A stretch of DNA of 64,000 nt from an uncultured Holophagales bacterium (lineage in GTDB: Bacteria > Acidobacteriota > Thermoanaerobaculia > Multivoradales > UBA5704): NCBI GenBank assembly GCA_963842525.1, contig CAWJGT010000009.1, positions 1 to 64,000 on the forward strand, written 5' to 3'. Shown here piece after piece: positions 1 through 8,819 of this stretch. A model generated the notes under the pieces. That model had not been told where the DNA came from. It ran no database searches and saw nothing but the letters and a program-made list of their open reading frames with translations. Positions within the stretch are counted from its first letter, which is position 1; each line of letters begins with the position of its first letter. The position numbers and the translations under genes were made by a program.

Positions 1-271
1 TTTCGATGGCGAGGCCTTCTTGGCGGAGGTCCCGCAGGCGGCGGTCTCCGGCGCGGCTCCCCCGGCCCAGGGCTCTCGCAGGACCCAGGTGGGCACCCAA
101 CCCGCGGGAAGCGCTATGCCGGCCCACTTGCCAACGGTGGGCACGCCGGCTCGTCTCGAGGAGAAGGTTGTAGACGCGGGCGGCGGTGCCCGAGATGGAC
201 TTGCCGCCGGGGAGGGTGGCCTCGTCGGCGAGGTGCCAGCCGGGCGGGAGGGGGGCTTGGTGGTGGATCAC
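1..271 (-). CDS. Partial hypothetical early-region phage gene running off the window edge
   Basis: Open frame from GTG at about 271 (IHHQAPLPPGWHLADEATLPGG...), downstream of and co-oriented with the cro-like operon; not in the ORF track. Confidence 0.35.
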   Translation of the reverse strand, partial: MIHHQAPLPPGWHLADEATLPGGKSISGTAARVYNLLLETSRRAHRWQVGRHSASRGLGAHLGPARALGRGSRAGDRRLRDLRQEGLAIE

Positions 272-347
272 CCCCTCACCCCCTGGAAGAACACGGACGG
301 ACACGGACCAACACGGACTGGCACGGACGAATGGAAGACACGGACGC

Positions 348-662
348 TCATGCGGTGGCTCCTGCGGCGGCGGCTACGGCGGATTCGAAGGCCTCGGCTT
401 CGGCGAGGCGCTGCTCCCAGGTGGCTCGCCGTTCGGTCCAGCTTCCTCGACGACTTCGAGGTAGAAGGGTTCGGCAGATCTGGTTGGGCGGGTACTGGAT
501 CAGGGCGCAATGCATGGTCTCGGCACCGGCGAGAATGCCGAGCTGGCCCTGGTAATGCGGGCACCAGTCCTTCGCGCAGAAGTAGAGGATGTCGGAGCCT
601 TCGACCTGGCGGGCTTCGGCCACGGCTTCGCCTCGGCGGAGGGAGAGGTGCACGAGGTTCAT
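348..662 (-). CDS. Hypothetical protein (104 aa, Cys-containing) in the cro-like operon
   Basis: ATGA overlap with the stop of the cro-like gene; protein-like composition. Confidence 0.6.
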   Translation of the reverse strand: MNLVHLSLRRGEAVAEARQVEGSDILYFCAKDWCPHYQGQLGILAGAETMHCALIQYPPNQICRTLLPRSRRGSWTERRATWEQRLAEAEAFESAVAAAAGATA

Positions 663-913
663 GGGTGGCCGCTCTCCTGGCTGGCTCTATCGATCCCGAG
701 AGCGAGATGCGCGGGAATGCCCGTGATCGAGACGATCTGCCCCAGGAACTTCCATGACGGGCGGGACGCCTTTTCCCAGCAGCTCACGGTGGAGTGCCGG
801 ACCTCGGGAGCGAGGAGCTTGCCGAGATCGCCCTGGCTGAGACCCCGATTGCGGCGCCAGCGCCGCAACAGCTCACCAAAGGATGCTTGTGTGCAGAGGC
901 AATCGATTGTCAT
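659..913 (-). CDS. Cro-like XRE-family HTH regulator
   Basis: FGELLRRWRRNRGLSQGDLGKLL...STVSCWEKASRP HTH_3 pattern; ATG at 913 lies 7 nt after a -10 box. Confidence 0.8.
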   Translation of the reverse strand: MTIDCLCTQASFGELLRRWRRNRGLSQGDLGKLLAPEVRHSTVSCWEKASRPSWKFLGQIVSITGIPAHLALGIDRASQESGHP

Positions 914-920
914 GCAGAGC

Positions 921-950
921 ACTGTATGCACCATATAGCAACAGTGTCAA
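921..950 (-). promoter_or_regulatory. Sigma70-type promoter for the cro-like gene (leaderless)
   Basis: TTGACA (950-945), 18 nt, TACAGT (926-921), then 7 nt to ATG 913. Confidence 0.65.
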
Positions 951-983
951 GAGGGAAATTGGGCTGGTCTGCAACTCAGGGGC

Positions 984-1012
984 TTGCTTTTGCGCTCTGC
1001 AACATCTAGAAT
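984..1012 (+). promoter_or_regulatory. Sigma70-type promoter for the cI-like gene (leaderless)
   Basis: TTGCTT (984-989), 17 nt, TAGAAT (1007-1012), then 7 nt to ATG 1020. Confidence 0.65.
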
Positions 1013-1019
1013 GTCTTCC

Positions 1020-1394
1020 ATGGATGCGACCGACCCTTTCGAAGGTCTTGGAAAAGCACTCGCCCAGCTTCGTGCACGAGCGGGGTTTGCGACGCAAACG
1101 GAGGTGTCCGACGCTCTGGGCTTCGACAAGGGGCAACTGTCACGCTGGGAGAACGACAAGCCCCGCCCGACTCTCGAGAACCTCGGGCGTCTGCTCGTGG
1201 GCTACGGGGCTACGGTGCAGGACCTTGCGACCGCTCTGGGTGGCATTGCGGAAGCCAAGGTGGAGCGAAGCCCTTCCGACGAGGAGCTGATCAGGTCGCT
1301 GACGGAGGCGATCCGCCGCGTGGAGGGGCGTCAGAGCGAGACGGAGAGCCGGCTCGAACGGCTGGAGCAGGACCTGGGACGCAGCACGGCGTAG
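1020..1394 (+). CDS. CI-like XRE repressor with C-terminal coiled coil (no S24 peptidase domain)
   Basis: LGKALAQLRARAGFATQTEVSDALGFDKGQLSRWENDKPRPTLENL HTH; divergent from the cro-like gene. Confidence 0.85.
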   Translation: MDATDPFEGLGKALAQLRARAGFATQTEVSDALGFDKGQLSRWENDKPRPTLENLGRLLVGYGATVQDLATALGGIAEAKVERSPSDEELIRSLTEAIRRVEGRQSETESRLERLEQDLGRSTA

Positions 1395-1499
1395 GCCGCA
1401 CGCCCTGGCCTCCGCTCCGATCTTCCAGCCGTCCGCCGCCGGGAGAGGGGGGACGCGCGGAACCTTCCCCGACTGGCCCCCTGTCCCGTGCGAGCGCCG

Positions 1500-2308
1500 C
1501 TCCCCACGCCGAACGGGAGAGGGGGGACGGTTGCCTGGGCCTCCGTGGCGAGGGCTCGGGGGATCGCGAATCGGTAGGGAAATTTGTAGAGGCTCGTTCG
1601 CAGGCAAGCCGGGCGGCGATGAACCGCCAGCAGGTTGCGCCATAGACGGGCTCGCACCCAGGCGCACCTGGCGGCCAGACGCGCGGAGGCGAGGCGGCGA
1701 TAGAAGGGCTCCAAGACTTCCAGGGCCGCTGCTGCCGCCGAGAGCCGGCCGGCCTGAATGAGCGCTCTGAAGAGGCTATGACCGGTTGAAGCCACGACAT
1801 CGAGAGGTGCATCGCCCAGGAGGCCGAGGGCGGTTTGAAAGGCGCAAAGCGCCCGCTCTGGCTCACCGGAGTCCAGATAGGTGAGGCCAAGGAGATGCAT
1901 AGACCGGGCTTCGCCAGTGGAGTCGCCGAGCAACTTCTGGTCGGCGATGGCAGAGGTCAGCAGGTGCACTGCACTTTCGTACCTGCCTGTATCGCGGTGG
2001 AGGTTGGCCGTCACCTCGAGCAGAGCGACCTTGGTTGCCGTGTCGGAGGTCGGCAGCTCGGCTGCCCGATTCAGCGCTTGCTGCGCAACCTCGTAGCGGC
2101 CGGCGATTCGGTGCGCATTCCCGAATTGCGTCCATGCGGCGATGACGAGGTCATTCGGGAGCTCGGCGATCTTCTCTTCAGCGAGAGCAACGGCTGCGCT
2201 CGACAGCCTGAGCATGGTCGGCAGGTCGCGATTGCGGCTTGTGCGTGCGGAATCCACCAACTTCCGCAGTCTTTCAGCGGGTGTAAGCCGCTTGCGTCGC
2301 AGAGGCAT
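1500..2308 (-). CDS. TPR-repeat protein (3' end frameshifted near 1630; true end uncertain)
   Basis: TPR-like helices such as AWTQFGNAHRIAGRYEVAQQALNRA and SMHLLGLTYLDSGEPERALCAFQTA. Confidence 0.7.
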
Positions 2309-2476
2309 GAGCGCTCCCTTCCGCGGTGGAACTTCGCAGGGGAGTATACGGGGAAGGCGGTGCGAGTGTTTAGCGTGGGGACAGCAAGGACAGCAGGGAC
2401 GACAAGGACAGAAAGGACGGCACGGCCTGGCACGGACGGAATCGGACGGAGCGGACGGAGCGGACGGAGCGGACGA

Positions 2477-3976
2477 TCATGTGGTGGCCCTGCCGCGCGC
2501 CTTGGAGAGCTGGTCCTGGAGCCGCCGGACCAGCCCGGCGGTGACCTGCTCCTTCTCCGCCGCTTCCTGGAAGAGAAGCACCGCGGCCAGGGCTTCCCGG
2601 TCCACCTTCTGGGCCTTGAAGATCTCCACCATCTGGGCGGCCAGGAGCTTGATGTCCGCGAAACGGCCGACCTCGCGGTAGAGCAGCGCCAGGTCCAGGC
2701 TCGCCAGTGCGTAGTCGAAGGGATTCTCCCGGACCTCGAACTCGTGCCGCACCTGCTCCAGCTTGAGCAGAGCCTCGTCCCTCTGCCCCAGGCCTGCAGC
2801 GCAGTTTCCTTCCAGCCACAGGGTCCTCACAAGATCCTCGCTATTGCGGAGTCGCTCGACAAGCTCCCGAACCTCGGCCACGATCGGTGCCGCCTCCCCG
2901 GCCCGGCCCAGCAAGAGCAGGTTCGACGCCTGGTTGAACCGGAGGACGCAACGCAGCCGCGGCTGGCGCGCGGCGTCGATGGCCTGCGCCGCCTGGGCCA
3001 GGGTTCGAAGCGCCTCTTCGTGGTCGCCTTTTACCTGAAAGATACAGGCTTTGTTCAGCAGGATGCCGCCACGTTCCTCAGGGCGCGCTTTCTTCAGTGC
3101 CTCGTTGTGAAGGCGGAGGGCCGCGTTGAACTGCCGCAGATCGTTGCGCAGCGAAGCCTCCAGATGGAGCATGTGCGCTTCGGAGAAAAGGCCCGCCGGG
3201 TCCTGCCCTTCGTGCCAGAGGCGCCAGGCGCGGGCGAAGGTCGCCAAAGCGCCGGGGAAGTCGCGGCCGATCACTCGTTCAGCGTTCGCAATGTGTGCGG
3301 TGCACCAGCCCTGGAGGCGGGGCTTGACGACGCTCTCTTCGACGTGCGCGGCGATCAAGAGAGCCAGCTCCGCCAACGCAAGGGCTTCCTTTGCGGCGTG
3401 TGGCGCCATGTGCTCACTCACCTTGCAGATGTGCAGGCAGAGCAGCGGGTCGCAGTATGACGGCGCACGCCGGATGAGGAGGCGCTGCTTGTCCGGTGGA
3501 GCGGCCTTCAGCCTCTCGAAGAGAGCCTCGACCCGTTGCTGGTCCTCCTCCGCAGGAGGGCCGAGCCGGCGCGGCGCGCTCCGCAACAGCGCCTCCTCCG
3601 CCCGGCCCAGGGCCAGCGCCCTCTCCACGATGTCCACGACGGCCGCCCGGGACGCTTCAGTCAGGGCCGGTGTGGCGGGCGGTTCGAGCACCTCGTCCAG
3701 GGCGAGCGCCCCGCGGACCAGCCGGTGGCACCAGCGGAGAAAGCCGATGAGCCGCTGGGGGACGCCGACCGCCTCCCGGATCAACTGGAAGGTCGCCTCC
3801 CTCGGCCGCGTCTTCCCCTTCTCATAGCGGCGAAGATCGCTGCGGTCGATTCCGGCCTTGGTGGCGAGGCGGACCTGCGACCACTCTCCTGGCAGCCAAC
3901 GAAGGAAGGAGATGAAGTCACCAAAAAGCGCCGGCTCGCCAAGCTGCTTCTCCTGATCGCCTCTGTCCTGTGGCAT
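2477..3976 (-). CDS. HTH-XRE + TPR regulator, copy 1 (RRNPP-like architecture, about 499 aa)
   Basis: N-terminal WSQVRLATKAGIDRSDLRRYEKGKTRP HTH followed by multiple TPR helices; likely start MPQDRG at 3976. Confidence 0.85.
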   Translation of the reverse strand: MPQDRGDQEKQLGEPALFGDFISFLRWLPGEWSQVRLATKAGIDRSDLRRYEKGKTRPREATFQLIREAVGVPQRLIGFLRWCHRLVRGALALDEVLEPPATPALTEASRAAVVDIVERALALGRAEEALLRSAPRRLGPPAEEDQQRVEALFERLKAAPPDKQRLLIRRAPSYCDPLLCLHICKVSEHMAPHAAKEALALAELALLIAAHVEESVVKPRLQGWCTAHIANAERVIGRDFPGALATFARAWRLWHEGQDPAGLFSEAHMLHLEASLRNDLRQFNAALRLHNEALKKARPEERGGILLNKACIFQVKGDHEEALRTLAQAAQAIDAARQPRLRCVLRFNQASNLLLLGRAGEAAPIVAEVRELVERLRNSEDLVRTLWLEGNCAAGLGQRDEALLKLEQVRHEFEVRENPFDYALASLDLALLYREVGRFADIKLLAAQMVEIFKAQKVDREALAAVLLFQEAAEKEQVTAGLVRRLQDQLSKARGRATT

Positions 3977-3981
3977 AGATC

Positions 3982-3997
3982 CCCTCACCGGTGAGGG
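3982..3997. promoter_or_regulatory. Perfect 16-bp palindrome CCCTCACCGGTGAGGG (candidate operator)
   Basis: Lies in the divergent gap between HTH-TPR copy 1 and the peptide gene. Confidence 0.4.
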
Positions 3998-4102
3998 CGG
4001 AAGTTGGATATATTCGCCTGGTCCGGGCACCATGGAGAGGCCGGAGGCGCCACCGCGGCCATGGCGGCCGTGCAGAAGGCCGCCTCCTCCACAGGAGCCG
4101 GT

Positions 4103-4408
4103 ATGGCCCATCGACGACTTGCCCGTATCCTCCTCGTCTTCCTGATGATCACCCTGTTGTGCGCACCCGCCTGGGCAGCGCCAGGGCCCGCCCCCGAGGC
4201 GCGGCTGTTCGACGTCCTCGCACGCCTCTGGGGCACCCTCACGGCCGCCTGGGCGGAGCATGGCTGCGGGCTCGACCCCTACGGCGCCTGCACGGATCAT
4301 GGCTGTGGGATCGATCCCAATGGCCCTTGCGAGCCAGTTGCGCCACATTCTACGGTGGACCATGGCTGCATGCTCGACCCAAATGGCATCTGCGTGCCCG
4401 GAAGCTAA
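4103..4408 (+). CDS. Secreted precursor peptide (101 aa) with three (D/E)HGCxxDPxGxC repeats
   Basis: GGAG RBS before ATG 4103; signal peptide MAHRRLARILLVFLMITLLCAPAWA; cores EHGCGLDPYGAC, DHGCGIDPNGPC, DHGCMLDPNGIC. Confidence 0.85.
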   Translation: MAHRRLARILLVFLMITLLCAPAWAAPGPAPEARLFDVLARLWGTLTAAWAEHGCGLDPYGACTDHGCGIDPNGPCEPVAPHSTVDHGCMLDPNGICVPGS

Positions 4409-4458
4409 CAGCGACCTGCTTGCCGGGAGGGGCTCGCCATGACCCCTCCCCTTTCCAC

Positions 4459-5923
4459 TCAGCCCTCGAAGCGAAGCTGAAGATTGCTCCTCGCCCTGGA
4501 GAGGTAGCCCTGGAGGCGCCGGACCAGCCCCCCAGTGACCTGCTCCTTCTCAGCAGCTTCTTGGAAAAGGATCACCGCGGCGAGGGCCTCGCGGTGCACC
4601 TTCTGGGCCTTGAAGATTTCCAGGATCTCGCCCGCCAGCACCTTGATTTCCGCAAAGCGCCCTTCCTCGCGATAGCAGAGCGCCATGTCCAGGCTCGCCA
4701 GGGCATAGTCGAAGGGGTTTTCACGTGCTGCGAATTCGCGCCGCACCTGCTCCAGTCTGGTGAGCGCTTCCTCCCTCTGGCCCAAGCCGGCGGCGCAGTT
4801 TCCTTCCAGCCATAGAGGCTCTCAGAAGATCCTCGCTGTTGCGCAGCCGCTCGGCCAGCAGGCGTACTTCGGCAATGATCGGAGCGGCCTCCCGGGCCCG
4901 GCCCAGCAGGAGCAGGTTCGCGGCCTCGTTGAAACGCACTACACAGAGCAGCCGCGGCTGGCGCTCGGCATCGATGGCCTGCGCCGCCTGTGCGAGGATC
5001 TGAAGCGCCTCTTCGTGCTCGCCAGCCACCTGAAGGATACAGGCTTTGTTCAACAGGATGGCACCGCGCTCGTCCGGGCGCGCTTTCTTCAGCGCCTCGT
5101 TGTGAAGGCGGAGGGCCTCGTCAACTTGCCGCAGATCGTTGCGCAGCGAGGCCTCCAAATGGAGCAGGTGTGCTTCGGAGAGCAGGCCCGCCGTGTCCTC
5201 GCCTTCGTGCCAGAGGCTCCAGACGCGAGCAAAGGCCGTGGCAGCGCCGGGAAGATCGCGGCCGATGACTCGGTGAGCGTTCGCGACGTGCCCGGTACAC
5301 CAGCCCTGGAGGCAGGGCTTGAAGACGCTGTCGTCCACGTGATCGGCGACGAAGAGGGCCAGCTCGGCCAGCGCCAGGGCCTGGCGGGGATCGCGCGGTG
5401 CCGCGGCCTCGCTTTCGGTGCAGAGGACCACGGCCAATCCCCAGTGCTGATACGCCGGATCGCTTTCGACCAGGTACCGCTGGTCTGCGGGTGCATCGCT
5501 CAGAAGCTCGCGCGCGAGCCTCCTTCCTTCTTCACGGGCCGCCCGGGCGTTTTCCTGCCTGATCTCCTGGAGGCGGAGGTCCAGGACCAAGTCACCCATC
5601 TCGCAGGCCGCCTGGGCCGCGGTTTTCTCGGCCCTGCGGCGCTGCTCGGGTGTGGGGTCCACCGGCGAGCTGGCAGAAGGTGGGTCCGGCTTTACCAGCC
5701 GGGCGGCGAGGACGGCGCGCTCGACCTCTTCCGGGCCCAGCTCCATGAGCGCTGCGAGCTCCTCCAGGCGCTCCCGGCTCAAGCCAGCGTTGACAAAAGC
5801 GGAAATCGTGGCGGGGGCCACACCCGCAGCGTCCGCAAGCCGCGCTCCGGTCCAGCCGTGTGCTCCCAGGAGGAGCTCCAGGGCGAAGCCTAGCTGCGAA
5901 GGGTTTCCGCGCAAATTCTCCAA
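4459..5923 (-). CDS. HTH + TPR regulator, copy 2 (paralog of 2477-3976; 1-nt frameshift near 4815)
   Basis: WTGARLADAAGVAPATISAF HTH; near-identical segments to copy 1 (LQGWCT.H.ANA.RVIGRD, ENPFDYALASLD); ORFs 4721-5923 and 4459-4785 join after removing one base. Confidence 0.85.
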
Positions 5924-6117
5924 CTCTCTCCTCCCAAGGATTCTCCTCCATAAGAGTAGGTTGCCGCAGGCGGCTTTTTAGGGACAAAGGGAAAAGACAT
6001 TTTAGTCGGGACCCCAGGGGTGGGGTGTTTGCGAAATTCGTTGCCAAAAGCGGGCATGAACGGGTTTAGCCTCGCCCTGCCGCGGGAGGGGCGCGGCAGG
6101 ACAGGAGGATGTTTGGC

Positions 6118-6306
6118 ATGGCGTCAACACACCCGGAGAGAGCGGTGCTGCAGCGATTCGCCCGGGGCGAAGCGGCGAGGACAGAGGCCAAGCAAGTGGT
6201 AGCTCACATGCTGCGGCGACGGTGCGAGAGTTGCGCAGCGACGATCCGGCAAGAGGCGTTACTGGTGATCGAGGACTCGGACCTGCTCGGGAGCGCTCGC
6301 AAATGA
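6118..6306 (+). CDS. Small zf-HC2/anti-sigma-like zinc-finger protein
   Basis: HPERAVLQRFARGE...VVAHMLRRRCESC (H...CxxC); GGAGG RBS upstream. Confidence 0.6.
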   Translation: MASTHPERAVLQRFARGEAARTEAKQVVAHMLRRRCESCAATIRQEALLVIEDSDLLGSARK

Positions 6307-7175
6307 ACCAGACAGTGATGCGCGCCAAACCGACGAGAGGCCCAGGGGGCCGTGAGGCGGACACGGACGGGCACGGACTGACACGGACGGGGCACGGATG
6401 GGGCCGGCGCCGCCGGCTGCCCGCGGACGTAGCGAAGAGGCTCGCTGGGGCTGGCGTCACTGTGGCCGAAGTGGAGCGGCTCACCCGCGAACAGGTGCTC
6501 GAACTTCCTGGGATCGGCGAGCTCACCGGCAAGCGGCTCGAACGGTACCTGGGGCGGCCATTTGAATCGCACGCGCCGTATTGGATTGAGCGTGGCCTAT
6601 CGGCGCGGCTTTCCCACAAGCTGGCTGTGGCTGGAATACGCAGCGAGGAGCAGCTCCGGCGCCTACGGCGCGCGGACCTTCTGAAAATCAAAGGCCTTGG
6701 CACCAAACAGGTGGAGCACCTCCTGCATTTCGGCAGACCTGCGCCGGCGCGCCAGCGGCCTCTTAGGTTTCTGGACAAGGTGCCGCAAGCACGGCTATGG
6801 GTCGAAGCGGGGATTACGCCGGGCTGTGCGCGGAGGCTTGTCGCAGCAGGAATCACAAGCATTGCGCACCTGAAGAGGCCGACAAGAGACGACCTTTTAG
6901 CAATTCACGGGATCAGCGAAGCGACGGTGGAAAAGTGTGAAAAGGTTCTTGGCCGCCCTTTTGCCGAGTCGGTCGCGGCGTGCTGGCGAGCGCGGGGCCT
7001 GCCCACGCATCTTGCCAACGTTCTGCAGCGATCAGGAATCAGCTCGCTGGAGCAATTGGCGGCGATGTCACGGGAGGACTTACTCGGCTTGAATGGAATC
7101 GGCCCAACAGGGCTCGCCGCTTGCGAGAGATTGCTCGGGCAACCACTTCGCTCCGACCCCAAAGGGAGAAGATGA
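6303..7175 (+). CDS. Protein of four tandem RNAP alpha-CTD-like/HhH repeats
   Basis: Four units resembling GLS.R....L...GI.S..QL......DLL.I.GLG. Confidence 0.75.
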   Translation: MNQTVMRAKPTRGPGGREADTDGHGLTRTGHGWGRRRRLPADVAKRLAGAGVTVAEVERLTREQVLELPGIGELTGKRLERYLGRPFESHAPYWIERGLSARLSHKLAVAGIRSEEQLRRLRRADLLKIKGLGTKQVEHLLHFGRPAPARQRPLRFLDKVPQARLWVEAGITPGCARRLVAAGITSIAHLKRPTRDDLLAIHGISEATVEKCEKVLGRPFAESVAACWRARGLPTHLANVLQRSGISSLEQLAAMSREDLLGLNGIGPTGLAACERLLGQPLRSDPKGRR

Positions 7176-7626
7176 ATGAAGCTTGGCGAAAAAACGGCCG
7201 CCCTTGTCGCGCAGCTCACGGCAGGGAGCACGGCAATACAAGAGAGGCATGAGCAGCGCACGACCCCGCCCAGGATAAGCGAGATTTGCCCATTTCGGGA
7301 AAGCTTCCTGCGCGAGCTGGCACCCAAGGACCAGGAAGCCTTTCGAGCCTTGGGTGCATACCTGATTCGGCGGCATCTGGTGGAAGATCAAGAGCCCAGC
7401 GACGAAAGCGAAGCAACACTGCTCGGCGATACTCAAGGGCTTTATACAGAAGCCCGGAACCTGGAGCAGGTGTGCGCGTACGTCGCGGATGTGAGCGCTT
7501 CGGATGATGCGATCGAAGACGAGGTGATTGAGCTCGATAAGATGTGCGGGAATCATAGTCGGCGCCGTTGGCGACCTTTTCGAGGTGGGTGTGGAGGCGT
7601 TGCAGGAAGCCGCCGCGGGATTATGA
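7176..7626 (+). CDS. Hypothetical helical protein (probably frameshifted near 7560)
   Basis: First half of ORF 7176-7940 is protein-like; the middle reads as an out-of-frame linker. Confidence 0.5.
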
Positions 7627-7940
7627 ACGGCGGCGTGCTGTCAGCGTTGCGCCGCCAGCGCGCGCGCCTGATACAGATCTTTGTGGAGAACGGGATTCCA
7701 CCAGCGGCGGCCGAGGAGATCCTTGAGGAAGCGCTGAGGACGCTCGGCAAGGAGAGCAAATGGGTAACCAGCGGGTGCATCGACGATCGGCTCGTGAGCC
7801 TGGTGGAGACAGCGGTTCTTCGGCAGACGTTGCTGGAGCCAAGCGGCGTTTATCGAGGAGTTACCTCAGATCGCCTGCGGAGGAAGGAGCAAGCCATCGG
7901 GCCTCGCCGACATGGATTCAGATCGAGGAGGGTAGGCTAA
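7623..7940 (+). CDS. Hypothetical protein with sigma-region-2-like stub
   Basis: RARLIQIFVENGIPPAAAEEILEEAL resembles ECF sigma region 2 (AEDxxQEAF). Confidence 0.4.
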   Translation: MNGGVLSALRRQRARLIQIFVENGIPPAAAEEILEEALRTLGKESKWVTSGCIDDRLVSLVETAVLRQTLLEPSGVYRGVTSDRLRRKEQAIGPRRHGFRSRRVG

Positions 7941-8314
7941 TAGAAGGTGAGATCGAGGACGGCGAGCTTGGACCCGTGCTGCTTGCCAATGATGGCGAGT
8001 GGATGCTTTTTGAATCAGAGGAGGCTGCGGGGGTCCGGGCACGCCGATTCATGGCAGACCTCTCAAGGCAGGACCCGGAAGAATTCGCCAACCTCGTAGG
8101 GGGCAGCGAGGTGCTTCTTGGGTGGACGACGGGTATACCAGCGGGCCCGGGCACAGAAAAGGTCACTTCACTCAGGAAGTACCTGGACCTGTGGCTCACT
8201 GACTTTGCTTCTCTCTATGACATCAACGGTGCAGGTTCCTTAATCAAAGCCTGTTCCGCTAGTTTGAGGAAGCGCTTGGGTTTTCATCCTGGAATAGCCT
8301 ATAGGAGAAATTGA
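7910..8314 (+). CDS. Hypothetical protein (start uncertain)
   Basis: C-terminal part of ORF 7760-8314 has globular composition. Confidence 0.5.
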   Translation, partial: TWIQIEEGRLIEGEIEDGELGPVLLANDGEWMLFESEEAAGVRARRFMADLSRQDPEEFANLVGGSEVLLGWTTGIPAGPGTEKVTSLRKYLDLWLTDFASLYDINGAGSLIKACSASLRKRLGFHPGIAYRRN

Positions 8315-8386
8315 TATCTTGCCTGAAGGGCTGGGGTGTATTAACCCGAATTAAGCCACTGCCATGCATTTGGAAAGGGGATAGCC

Positions 8387-8623
8387 ATGCCACCTAAATC
8401 GTCAAAGACCAAAAGAGAGGTCGAATTCGAAGCCGATGTAGACCGAGCCTTGTCGGCGTTTCGCTCCCTTGTCATGTCTGTCTACCTGAAGACGCAAAGC
8501 GATTGGTTACCGCCCCCTGGCCCCGAAACGGAGTCGATCGCAGCTCCCGCAAGAACGCCGAAGAAAGTTTCGAGAAAACGTGTAGGCAAACGTGAGGTGA
8601 AGCGCCGGGGGAAGGGCTCATGA
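8387..8623 (+). CDS. Small basic hypothetical protein
   Basis: 78-aa ORF with RBS-like AGGGG upstream. Confidence 0.45.
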   Translation: MPPKSSKTKREVEFEADVDRALSAFRSLVMSVYLKTQSDWLPPPGPETESIAAPARTPKKVSRKRVGKREVKRRGKGS

Positions 8624-8819
8624 GTGCCAGGGATCGTTCTGAGCAGGTTGCGCAGCGTGCCCTTGATCGGCGTGGCGCCCCAACTGCCCGCCTGGATGCG
8701 GGGGAGTGGCCGAGGGGGCGAAGGGCCCCCTGGCGGGTGGGGGTTCGACGGTCGATCGGAGGAAACGGGTGGCACCTATTTGGGCACCTATTTGGGTGGA
8801 CCTGCCCCCTCGGCGTGGC

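Noticed and set aside
2370-2475. GGACAGCAAGGAC and CGGACGGAG tandem repeats as a functional array
   Set aside because: Simple dispersed repeats that recur across the window without spacers; covered under the repeat finding.
4004-4102. N-terminal extension of the peptide ORF, and the 4363 start for HTH-TPR copy 1
   Set aside because: RBS and signal peptide support ATG 4103. The longer HTH-TPR start would overlap the peptide gene antisense, so 3976 is preferred.
1835-5893. Long plus-strand ORFs 1835-3460 and 4760-5893, and similar antisense ORFs elsewhere
   Set aside because: They are antisense shadows of real high-GC genes on the opposite strand and carry no recognisable domains.
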